Source: Promethearchaeia archaeon
Lineage (GTDB): Archaea; Asgardarchaeota; Lokiarchaeia; Sigyniarchaeales; SOKP01
Assembly (NCBI GenBank): GCA_046497275.1
Contig: JAWOFX010000088.1
Coordinates: forward strand, 30,001 to 62,000
Length of the DNA: 32,000 nucleotides
Direction of reading: 5' to 3'
Each line of letters begins with the position of its first letter. Positions within the stretch are counted from its first letter, which is position 1. The notes beneath the pieces were generated by a model. That model was not told where the DNA came from. It saw only the letters and a program-made list of their open reading frames with translations, and did no database searches. The position numbers and the translations under genes were made by a program. Of the stretch, positions 8,284 to 17,147 are shown piece by piece.

Positions 8284-10620
8284 GTGTCAGAATCAGAACT
8301 CGAAAATTTGATTAGAAGCAAGGTTGGAAATAGTCTTTATAAAAAGGCAAAAGATTTTCCATCCAACAAAATGAATATTATCTCTTTAAAGGAGGATCCG
8401 TTATTTGTAAGAATAATTGTATTTGATAATGATCGTGATTTTCATATTATTATCGATCAAGAAAGGAAAGAAATTTTTCATGATTGTCCATCTTTTTTAA
8501 TCTATTCTGAAAGAGATAAAAAAATTTGTAAACATTTTCTTAAATCATTAATGATTTTAAATCAAGAAAAAGCAATTGAAATATTTAAGAATCTAGATAA
8601 TTATAATCTAACATCAGAGGATTTTGGTTCTAAAAAGAAAAGCCGTAGTTATATTCTTCTTGCTAATAAATGTTTCAATGAATTAGATAATTTTATTGAT
8701 GGATTAAATTATTTAAATAAAGCAATTATTAATCAATCGAATTGCGAATCAATAATAGAAAAATATCTCAATATCGCCTTAGATAAAGGATTATTTATTG
8801 AATTTTTTGAGTTTCTTGAAAAAGGATATAAGAATGAATTTGGTGATTATTTAAGCGAGTTTGAGAAAATTATTGAACGGGGTTTTCGAAAATTCTTAAA
8901 TTCTATTCCCAAATACTCTTTTTATAATTTGTTAAGGATTCTAAACCATTTAGATAGCATCTTCAACTACAAGAATCTTAATTTTATTACTGATTTGTTT
9001 TCAAAATTCAGCAAGATGATTGATTGTAAGAATTTAAATGAAAGATACTTCGCTTCCTATATTCTTAAGAAATATTTTGGTACTTTAGTAAATAATGATA
9101 AAGAAGATTTTAAGATCTCAAAATATGATAAGAAGATGGAGCATTTGAATAATCAACTTGTTGAGTATTTTATTCAGGAAATTGAAAATTTTAGCGTCTT
9201 TGAAAAATTAAAGCTTATGAAAGATCAATTTCAAATATTAGATATCCCTGAAGAAAGATATATAGATAATTATGAAAATTATAGGAAAGAAATTAAAGAG
9301 TTAGAGAAGAAAGTTTATCTAAAAAAATTCATTTTTTTAAAATTTTTAATTGAAAAATATAATATAAAAAAAACTAAAGTAGATTTCAGAAAAAAAAGAA
9401 ACGTATATGTAGTAAATCATGATAAAGAAAATATGAATAATCCTACATATCAATACATTTTAAGTAAAATCGGGTTTTTTGGTATCAATGATTCAACAAT
9501 TAAATCTTCTGATATAGGTATAAATTATTTTATTATTAAAGATCTTTTTCTTGATGATTTTAATGCATTTCCGGACATTTTCTATTATAAAAAACAATTT
9601 TGGGGAGATGAAGAACATGAAATAAATATTAGAGAAGCGGGGGCTCTATTAACAAAAGATAAGGATTATGTGTATAATGTTGAAGAACAATATTCAAACG
9701 ATAAAGTTATGGTTGTTGAGTGGGATCTGGCGTCAACACCGATAAAAGGAAGTCTAGTTCATGCATATAGTTCTCAAATTCTTATTCCAGACCAAAATAA
9801 TTCCCTCTTTCACGATTTAAGACCTTTTGACTTATGTTATTGTATGAAAACACCAACTAAAATTGAAGGGGATATGATTAAAAATATCAACGTAATAACT
9901 AAATGTTCCTTTAAGGATGCTATTAAAAATATATCTAATGGAATGGAATTTGTTGAGGTCTATTATCCTCTCTCGTTGGTGAAATCTGTAGTTAAAAAAG
10001 AAATTAGCCCATTTGAGGCAGAGAAAATCGCATCAACTAACCCCAACAGGCAATTTGTCCCGAATTATAAAAAATTTATAAGAGAATTCCGAAAATTTTT
10101 ATTTAAATTTATCAATAAAAATAGAGAATTTATTTTTAATGATATAAGATATAATCCTGAAGATAACTCTAATCAAATATTAATTTTATTAAATTTATCT
10201 AATGATTTAGCAGGAATGGATTTACCCTATGCGAAACTGATTCAACAAACATTAGAAGAAGATATTCACTTAACTGGATTTAAGCAAAAGATTATTAAAA
10301 ATATTCATATTTATATTCAAGAATTATTAAAAAAAAGAGAAATGGGAAGTACCATTGCTTTTAAACTAAAAAAAATGAAAAACTCTCCATTTATAAAATA
10401 TTTTGATGATATTATTAAAATTAGAAAAGATGAGTTTGAAAGTCAAAAGATTTTGAAATCAGGTAATAAATTTGATATTTCTGAAATAAAAAAGACTTAT
10501 TACGGTACCAAAATATCTCAAATATTAAATCTTGGAGATAATTCCATTATTTCTCCAAAAGAATTTAAACTATTTAAGGAATTAGTTCATAAACTTAATT
10601 TGCACTTAAAAGTAGTATAA
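8284..10620 (+). CDS. Large hypothetical protein with an N-terminal SWIM-like zinc finger
   Basis: FHIIID...IFHDCPSF...KICKHFLK is a SWIM-like HxC...CxH. The likely start is GTG at 8284 (VSESELENL); the ORF-track extension to 8197 is low-complexity I/Y/N sequence. Confidence 0.7.
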   Translation: MSESELENLIRSKVGNSLYKKAKDFPSNKMNIISLKEDPLFVRIIVFDNDRDFHIIIDQERKEIFHDCPSFLIYSERDKKICKHFLKSLMILNQEKAIEIFKNLDNYNLTSEDFGSKKKSRSYILLANKCFNELDNFIDGLNYLNKAIINQSNCESIIEKYLNIALDKGLFIEFFEFLEKGYKNEFGDYLSEFEKIIERGFRKFLNSIPKYSFYNLLRILNHLDSIFNYKNLNFITDLFSKFSKMIDCKNLNERYFASYILKKYFGTLVNNDKEDFKISKYDKKMEHLNNQLVEYFIQEIENFSVFEKLKLMKDQFQILDIPEERYIDNYENYRKEIKELEKKVYLKKFIFLKFLIEKYNIKKTKVDFRKKRNVYVVNHDKENMNNPTYQYILSKIGFFGINDSTIKSSDIGINYFIIKDLFLDDFNAFPDIFYYKKQFWGDEEHEINIREAGALLTKDKDYVYNVEEQYSNDKVMVVEWDLASTPIKGSLVHAYSSQILIPDQNNSLFHDLRPFDLCYCMKTPTKIEGDMIKNINVITKCSFKDAIKNISNGMEFVEVYYPLSLVKSVVKKEISPFEAEKIASTNPNRQFVPNYKKFIREFRKFLFKFINKNREFIFNDIRYNPEDNSNQILILLNLSNDLAGMDLPYAKLIQQTLEEDIHLTGFKQKIIKNIHIYIQELLKKREMGSTIAFKLKKMKNSPFIKYFDDIIKIRKDEFESQKILKSGNKFDISEIKKTYYGTKISQILNLGDNSIISPKEFKLFKELVHKLNLHLKVV

Positions 10621-10674
10621 GCAGAAGTTTAGGAATTTTAAAGAGTACATAGAATTAATCTAAATAAATGTTTA

Positions 10675-11832
10675 TTATTTTCTCTCAGCTTTTCTTTTAT
10701 ACATACTATAGAATTTGGTCAGAAATTTTTGATAAATTTCTATGCTTTTTAGATATTCATTAAGATTAATAAATTCTAAATCTGTATGCTCTAATTTTGG
10801 ATCACCCGGACCGTAAGTAATAGATGGTATATTAAACTCTATTCCAATATTATTAATAAAAGTCGTACCTGTTTTTTTGATCAACACAGATTTTTCTTTT
10901 ATAGTATTATAAATGGCCCATCTTAATGCCCCGATTATAAATTCATTTTCTTTTATTTCAAATCCCTCGACTAAACTTGAAATATTCTCTTGTATTCTAA
11001 TCTTTGTATTACGATTTCTTTCATAAGAATTTTGAAATTCAAGAACTCTATTCCTTATTTCATTAATAATGATGTTTGAATTTATAGAGGGAGGAAATCT
11101 AATATCAATTTGAATAGTACACTCTGAAGGAACACAATTTGTTAAATGACCTCCAGATATCACAGTTAAATTTGGAATGATTTTGTCAAAATATCTTGTT
11201 TTATTTAATTTTGTTTTTAGTATTGATTCATTTAATTTCCAGCATACTATTTTAATAATATTCCAGATCTCCAAAGAGATTTCAATAGCATTATTATATT
11301 GCCAAGAACTTGCAACATGACCTGTATTTGATAATACTCTGAAAGATATACTTAATCTTCCTTTATATCCAATGCAAATTTGATTTATACCAGTAGGCTC
11401 ACCAAAAATAGCAAAATCTGGGTTTATATCTGATTTAATTAACTCTCTAATCCCAACTAGACTTTCTTCTTCTCTTACAATTCCAGCAAAAATAACTTTT
11501 CCGGCTATTTCCTTATTAAAATTATATTGAGTTAGAGAATATACCATAGCAGCTAAAGAGGGTTTACAATCCACCGCTCCACGTCCATATAACTTTCCAT
11601 CCTCCTCAAAAACGGGTAATTTTCCAGGTATAGTGTCCATATGCGAACTGAATAAGATTATGGGCTTTCCTCTTCCTTTTTCAGCAATTAAATTGCCCAC
11701 ACCATCAAAAATAACTTTAAAATTATGTTCTTTTAAAAATTCAGCAAGAAAATTAGAATACTTTTGTTCTTTCCCAGAAGGACTATATATTTCTATACAA
11801 GATCTTAAAAAATTAATAGCTTCTTCATTCAT
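10675..11832 (-). CDS. lysK: M20 family [LysW]-lysine/[LysW]-ornithine hydrolase
   Basis: M20 motifs SHMDT, GRGAVDCK, REEES, GEP, GHVAS, YGPGD and EHT. Sits in a cluster with lysX/lysZ-type genes. Confidence 0.8.
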   Translation of the reverse strand: MNEEAINFLRSCIEIYSPSGKEQKYSNFLAEFLKEHNFKVIFDGVGNLIAEKGRGKPIILFSSHMDTIPGKLPVFEEDGKLYGRGAVDCKPSLAAMVYSLTQYNFNKEIAGKVIFAGIVREEESLVGIRELIKSDINPDFAIFGEPTGINQICIGYKGRLSISFRVLSNTGHVASSWQYNNAIEISLEIWNIIKIVCWKLNESILKTKLNKTRYFDKIIPNLTVISGGHLTNCVPSECTIQIDIRFPPSINSNIIINEIRNRVLEFQNSYERNRNTKIRIQENISSLVEGFEIKENEFIIGALRWAIYNTIKEKSVLIKKTGTTFINNIGIEFNIPSITYGPGDPKLEHTDLEFINLNEYLKSIEIYQKFLTKFYSMYKRKAERK

Positions 11833-12652
11833 TTGTGATCACAGTTCCACTTTGCTTTTCTAATGCATTAAAAATCGGATATTCAGATAATCCAGAACTC
11901 ACTATTACTTTATTTACATTCATATCTAGTGCCTCAAGAGCAGCATATGCCTTCTTTTTCATTCCGCCTACTAATTTTTCCATTAAATTTTGTAATTGAA
12001 TTTTTTTAATCTTTTTTATCAAAGAATTTTCATCATCGAAATCCTTGTAAATACCCTTAACATCTGTTAAACTAATTAAAATTTCTGCTCCTAGAGAGTT
12101 GGCTACATAACTTGCTGCTCTGTCTCCATCTACATTTAATATTTCACCATTCTCACTTTTCGCTAAACACCCAATTATTGGCAAATAATCATTTTCTAAA
12201 AGATATCTTAATAATTTTGTATCCACCTTATTTACTTTCCCAGAAAACTCACCTCTTTTCATGATTTTTTTATCATTAATCATTACAATAATCTTTTCCT
12301 TTCTCTTAGCGTGAATAGTTCCACCATCTATGCCGGTAAATCCAAAAGCATTTATTCCTTTCATTTGAAGAGCTTCAACTAAGCGTTTATTATTCTTTCC
12401 TCCTAACACCATAATTGCAACATCTATTGTTTCCTTATCGGTATATCTTGTTCTAAAACCTGAAGGTGTTTTAAAATATTTTGGATTTTTATTCATCTCC
12501 CGTAATACTTGATTTATTTGAGGACCACCACCATGAACAATAATTAATTTATATTTTTTTTTATAATTTTTTTGGATGTTGTAAATATCCTCTACAACAT
12601 TAGAAAAATTTTTTGCCAATAAAGATCCCCCAATTTTGACAACAACAATCAT
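11825..12652 (-). CDS. lysZ: [LysW]-aminoadipate/[LysW]-glutamate kinase (acetylglutamate kinase family)
   Basis: VVKIGGS, IVHGGG, SGFRTRYTD, LNVDGDRAA, LTDVKG and GGMKKK motifs. Its stop overlaps the lysK start by 8 nt. Confidence 0.85.
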   Translation of the reverse strand: MIVVVKIGGSLLAKNFSNVVEDIYNIQKNYKKKYKLIIVHGGGPQINQVLREMNKNPKYFKTPSGFRTRYTDKETIDVAIMVLGGKNNKRLVEALQMKGINAFGFTGIDGGTIHAKRKEKIIVMINDKKIMKRGEFSGKVNKVDTKLLRYLLENDYLPIIGCLAKSENGEILNVDGDRAASYVANSLGAEILISLTDVKGIYKDFDDENSLIKKIKKIQLQNLMEKLVGGMKKKAYAALEALDMNVNKVIVSSGLSEYPIFNALEKQSGTVITNE

Positions 12653-12668
12653 GAGCGGTTTCTCTTTT

Positions 12669-13535
12669 TTAACTGTAGTTTTTTATAAAATAATCAACTA
12701 TTTTTTTTGCCACATTTACTTTGCTTGCTCTAGCAACTCCTCTAAATTGAGGTGTTCCATTGATTTCAATAACATATAGTTTTCCATTTTTTTCCATTAA
12801 ATCAACCCCAACAATTTCTCCTTTTACTGCTTTAGTCGCTTTTAAACTTAAATCTCTTAATACTTTTGTGATTTCAATTTTACTTGCCGTTCCTCCTATC
12901 GCGATATTGCTTCTGAAATCATTATCCGGCTTGAATCGCCCCATCGCTGCCACACATTCATCACCAACTACAAAAACTCTAATATCTGTAGGTGATTTTT
13001 GATCATCTTTCTTTATATATTCTTGCAGATAAAATAGTTTTTGTAAAATATTTCCCATACTTTCCCTTAATTCAAAGTTTGAAATTGCGCTATTATGAGA
13101 ATCTAATTTCGCAATCAAGCGTCCCCACGACCCAATTATTGGTTTAATTATTGAAGGATAATCTAGATTTTCTTCAAGAGCATTGAGAGCTGAATCTCCT
13201 TTAAATGCAAAGTAAGTTTTTGGAATAAGAATATTATTCTCAATTAATTTTAATGAAGTTAGTAATTTATTTCCAGTAATATTTAAACATTCAAAATTAT
13301 TTATCACTTTATAACCCTTAGTCTCTAATATTCCTGTTGAAAACAAACCTCTAAAATAACTAAGCGATCGCTCTAAAATTAGGTCATAATGATATTCTAA
13401 ATCTTTTGCTTTTGATATGCTAAAATATATTTTTTGATTATTAATTAAATCATAATCTATATTCTTTTTCTCCAATTCCTCAATTAAGCGTTTTATTTCC
13501 CATGTTACCCGATTATGTAATATTGCAATTTTCAT
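12669..13535 (-). CDS. lysX: LysX/ArgX-type ATP-grasp [LysW] ligase (RimK family)
   Basis: KPIIGSWGRLIAKL, YLQEYI, DIRVFVVG, RSNIAIGG, GVDL and EINGTPQF. GSWGR is diagnostic of LysX/ArgX. Confidence 0.82.
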   Translation of the reverse strand: MKIAILHNRVTWEIKRLIEELEKKNIDYDLINNQKIYFSISKAKDLEYHYDLILERSLSYFRGLFSTGILETKGYKVINNFECLNITGNKLLTSLKLIENNILIPKTYFAFKGDSALNALEENLDYPSIIKPIIGSWGRLIAKLDSHNSAISNFELRESMGNILQKLFYLQEYIKKDDQKSPTDIRVFVVGDECVAAMGRFKPDNDFRSNIAIGGTASKIEITKVLRDLSLKATKAVKGEIVGVDLMEKNGKLYVIEINGTPQFRGVARASKVNVAKKIVDYFIKNYS

Positions 13536-13655
13536 TGATTATTTTCTATACTCTGAATTTTTAATTATTGTAGTTTTAATAGATTAAATTATAATATAAG
13601 TATCTTAGTGTTGTATAATAATTATTAAGGTTAGTATATAAATAACATAGATAAC

Positions 13656-15113
13656 ATGACAAAATCTCAGATAACATTTATTATCCCTTCGTTTTTTAAT
13701 TTAGAGACATATCAAAAAATTCTTTACTATAATGATCTTCCTCTCGGAACTCTTCAGATTTCCTCATATCTAAAAAAACACCATGATATCAAAACGGATA
13801 TAATTGATATGCGTGTTGAGGAAGAGAACGATCTAAAATGGGATTCTGAATCAAATGATATTATTAAATTTAAAGAATTTTGTTTAAAAGTTTTAGAATC
13901 TAAAATTCAAGACTCTCAATATATAGGGATAAATTGTTTTACTTCTTTTCAATATTTACAATCGAAAATAATTGCAGAATTAATTAAAAAAAATTTTAAG
14001 GATACGATTATTTTTATAGGCGGATATCATCCCTCTTCAAAACCCCAAGATTTCTCATACCCGAAATCTCCATTTGATTTTGTTCTAATTAATGAGGCGG
14101 AGCATCTTTTATCCGAATATCTAAAAAATGAAGAAAACCGAATCAATACTAACAATAAGCGAACAAAGATATTAAAAACCAATAATATAATTGATGTAAA
14201 TGATCTTCCCTTGCCTGATTATGAACTCTACTTAAATAAATATCCTTATTACAACAAGTTTAAATTTGAACTTTATACCTCAAGAGGATGCCCATATCAA
14301 TGTGCTTTTTGTTCTCTAAATTACAGGTTTAGAACATATAACTTTGATAATTTTAAAAAGATTTTTGAAAACTTAGTCGATATTGTCCTAAAAAGAAATA
14401 AAAAATATCCTAAAATAACTTTTGCAGATCAAGCATTCTTTAGTTTATCTATTAAGGATAAAATATTGGATTATATAATCAAAGAAGAACTCCAAGATAA
14501 AATCACTTTCTCTTGTCAATCACGTGTAGAGACTGTGGGAAATGAACTAAGATTAATTAAAAAAATTAAAAAAGTAAAATTAATAATTGGATACGGTCTT
14601 GAATCAGCAGATAAGAAACTATTAGTTGAAATGAAAAAAACTAAATCCCCTACTAATTATCTTAACAAAATGAAGGATATCATTGGTATATATAAAAATA
14701 GTAATATTAATTATTGTAGATTAAATATTTTATGTGGTTTTCCTAGTGAGAATAAAACATCTTTTGATAATACTATTGATTTTATTCGAAAATATGCCTC
14801 TCATGAGAATATTCAACTAAGTCCTTCTCTTTTTTCTTGTTATCCTAATACCCTTGTTTATCATAATATGAAATATTATGAAAATCTCTATGGTTCAGAA
14901 TTTAATGATAATTGGTGGAAAAGTAATGAGAACCAATTTAAATTCTCCGTATTAAAAAAATGTTCTTTTAATTATTTATTAAGAGATTTGATCTATGATT
15001 ATAAAGAAAAATATCTACCATTATTAAATATGTTTAAGTTTTCCAGTTTTAGGGATTTAGCTATTTGGAAAAAATTTTATAATGATTGGTATAATGAATT
15101 AAATTTTAACTAA
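13656..15113 (+). CDS. B12-binding-domain radical SAM protein
   Basis: PLGTLQISSYL, GINCFTS and FIGGYHPS (B12-binding domain); SRGCPYQCAFC (CxxxCxxC); GLESAD; GFPSE. Confidence 0.9.
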   Translation: MTKSQITFIIPSFFNLETYQKILYYNDLPLGTLQISSYLKKHHDIKTDIIDMRVEEENDLKWDSESNDIIKFKEFCLKVLESKIQDSQYIGINCFTSFQYLQSKIIAELIKKNFKDTIIFIGGYHPSSKPQDFSYPKSPFDFVLINEAEHLLSEYLKNEENRINTNNKRTKILKTNNIIDVNDLPLPDYELYLNKYPYYNKFKFELYTSRGCPYQCAFCSLNYRFRTYNFDNFKKIFENLVDIVLKRNKKYPKITFADQAFFSLSIKDKILDYIIKEELQDKITFSCQSRVETVGNELRLIKKIKKVKLIIGYGLESADKKLLVEMKKTKSPTNYLNKMKDIIGIYKNSNINYCRLNILCGFPSENKTSFDNTIDFIRKYASHENIQLSPSLFSCYPNTLVYHNMKYYENLYGSEFNDNWWKSNENQFKFSVLKKCSFNYLLRDLIYDYKEKYLPLLNMFKFSSFRDLAIWKKFYNDWYNELNFN

Positions 15114-15405
15114 ACAATATTAAAATAAAAAATATTTCCATAAAAATAAAAAATAAGAGCCCCACTAATTTTAATCTCTTTGGATTTGAATGAATATTAT
15201 TAAAAATCGAAATATCTATTGTTTCGGCTAATAAATCATCTATAAAGAGAACAGCTCCAATAGCAATGAAAATCAGAGAAAATAAAAAGTTTTCTTTAAA
15301 TAATAGTAAAACTATTCCTTCAACAAAAATAATTGCTCCAGAGAGCAAATGATGTAAGAATCTCCATATTCCAGTTATTTCCAGTTTTTCATCTTTTTTC
15401 TTCAT
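15106..15405 (-). CDS. Small hypothetical membrane protein (about 3 TM helices)
   Basis: 99-aa ORF with three hydrophobic segments. It fills an otherwise empty gap and overlaps the radical SAM stop by 8 nt (convergent). Confidence 0.65.
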   Translation of the reverse strand: MKKKDEKLEITGIWRFLHHLLSGAIIFVEGIVLLLFKENFLFSLIFIAIGAVLFIDDLLAETIDISIFNNIHSNPKRLKLVGLLFFIFMEIFFILILFS

Positions 15406-15554
15406 TTAATATCTCATCTCTATTATCTTTATAAAATCTTTGATCTTTACATTTTATAAAGATGTGATCGGAAAGGATAAAAAAGAAAATATAATATGAT
15501 TAATTTACTAAAATAAGTAATAAGATTTAAATTGAACATAAAACCTCTAAGATT

Positions 15555-16826
15555 ATGGAATATAAACATCCTTCTAAGGATATTACAGAAACCGAAGGCA
15601 CGCTCTTGCGCGGAAAGACCATCTGTATGTGTTTAACTGGTAGCGTAGCAATAATTAGTGCTCCAATAATCGCACGAGAACTTATGAGAAGAGGCGCTGA
15701 AGTAATAGCAGTTATGACACCAGCAGCTACAAGCTTAATTACTCCCCAGATGATGCATTGGGCGACGGGAAATCCTGCCATTACTGGTCTTACTGGTAAT
15801 GTCGAACACATTTATCTTGCTGGAGAAAGACCCCGGGAAGTAGGGCAAGCTGACTTGGTATTAGTATGTCCAGCAACAGCGAACACAATCTCTAAAATCG
15901 CTAACGGAATAGACGATACTCCAGTTACCACTGTAGTTACCACCGCATTTGGCTCATCCATTCCAATTATTGTAGTTCCTGCTATGCATGAGAGCATGTT
16001 CCGACATCCTATCTTAAAAGAAAATATGACTAAATTACGTAAGTTTGGTGTTGAGATTTTAGGTCCGAGAATCGAGGAGGGGAAGGCAAAAATTGCAAGG
16101 ATAGACGATATTATTGATAGAGTAATTGATATTTTAGTCGCTAAAAAAGATCTTGATGGAATAAAAATATTAGCGACTGCTGGACCAACTAGAGAATATA
16201 TTGACGAGATCAGATTTGTTTCAAATGAATCCTCAGGTAAAATGGGAATTGAAATTGCCAAAGAAGCGTCTGCGAGAGGTGCCGATGTATTATTAGTCAA
16301 TGGAAAAAGTTCTGTTGAGGTACCAGATTATTTAAATGTTAAAAATGTAATTTCTACTGATGATTTCATAAGTTCTGTAACTAATGAGCTAAAAGAACAT
16401 GATTATGATATGTTTATTTGTGCGGCAGCAATAAGTGATTTTTCTCCAACTGATTGTATTGAAGGAAAAATTTCTTCTACTGAAGTTAAGGAATTGCAAG
16501 TAAACATGAGATTGACTCCAAAAATCATTGATAAAGCAAGAGAAGTTGATAATAAAGTTTTCATCGTTGCTTTTAAAGCAGAAACAAATGTCTCAAGAAC
16601 CGAACTAATTGATAGAGCGTATAATCGTCTTAAAAAATCAGATATAGATTTAATTGTTGCTAATGATGTTGGTCGCGAAGATATAGGTTTTGAAAGTACT
16701 GAAAATGAGGTTTATATAATCGACAAAGAAAAACATACTACTCATGTTTCAAAGCATTCAAAACGATATATTGCATCAAAAATTATAGATATAGCATTGG
16801 AAAATTATCGAATCAAAGATTTGTGA
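15555..16826 (+). CDS. coaBC: Bifunctional phosphopantothenoylcysteine decarboxylase / phosphopantothenate-cysteine ligase
   Basis: LTGSVA, CPATANTISKIANGIDD, PAMHESM, TAGPTRE, RFVSNESSGKMG, AAISDF, FKAET and IVANDV motifs. Confidence 0.96.
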   Translation: MEYKHPSKDITETEGTLLRGKTICMCLTGSVAIISAPIIARELMRRGAEVIAVMTPAATSLITPQMMHWATGNPAITGLTGNVEHIYLAGERPREVGQADLVLVCPATANTISKIANGIDDTPVTTVVTTAFGSSIPIIVVPAMHESMFRHPILKENMTKLRKFGVEILGPRIEEGKAKIARIDDIIDRVIDILVAKKDLDGIKILATAGPTREYIDEIRFVSNESSGKMGIEIAKEASARGADVLLVNGKSSVEVPDYLNVKNVISTDDFISSVTNELKEHDYDMFICAAAISDFSPTDCIEGKISSTEVKELQVNMRLTPKIIDKAREVDNKVFIVAFKAETNVSRTELIDRAYNRLKKSDIDLIVANDVGREDIGFESTENEVYIIDKEKHTTHVSKHSKRYIASKIIDIALENYRIKDL

Positions 16827-17081
16827 TAAAACCTAGTAAATCTGCCCAATTTATTACTTATTCTACATCACTTCTTATAAACTTTTTGAAAGAAAAAATT
16901 TAAATATGTATTCAGTTTTTATGGTAAGTGAAAAGAAAGTTGAGAAAGTTGAGTTTGAGTTGAGTTTATAAGTATTTACTCATACACCTATCATAAAATA
17001 CAATATTAATGAATTATTTAGTACATTGATATATAAGAATTTGCATATTTAATATAAGAGAAATGTTTAATAATCGTTATT

Positions 17082-17088
17082 AGGAGTG
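17082..17088 (+). promoter_or_regulatory. Shine-Dalgarno-like AGGAGTG upstream of top6B
   Basis: Followed by in-frame ATA (17091) and ATT (17097) in a frame that stays open into top6B. Confidence 0.5.
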
Positions 17089-17147
17089 TAATAAAAATTA
17101 CCACTGAAGAAGAAGGACGAATAACGCAAGGAACTATCGCTCAATTT

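Noticed and set aside
1913-10620. tRNA-anchored genomic island (methyltransferase, moxR, vWA, nuclease)
   Set aside because: The genes lie on the tRNA's 5' side, not the 3' side. I saw no integrase, no duplicated tRNA 3' end and no obvious compositional shift.
6691-16826. Selenocysteine or stop read-through at TGA-ending genes (vWA, lysZ, coaBC)
   Set aside because: The proteins are complete at the TGA, vWA and coaBC reach another stop within a few codons, lysZ's TGA overlaps the lysK start, and no SECIS-like element was recognised.
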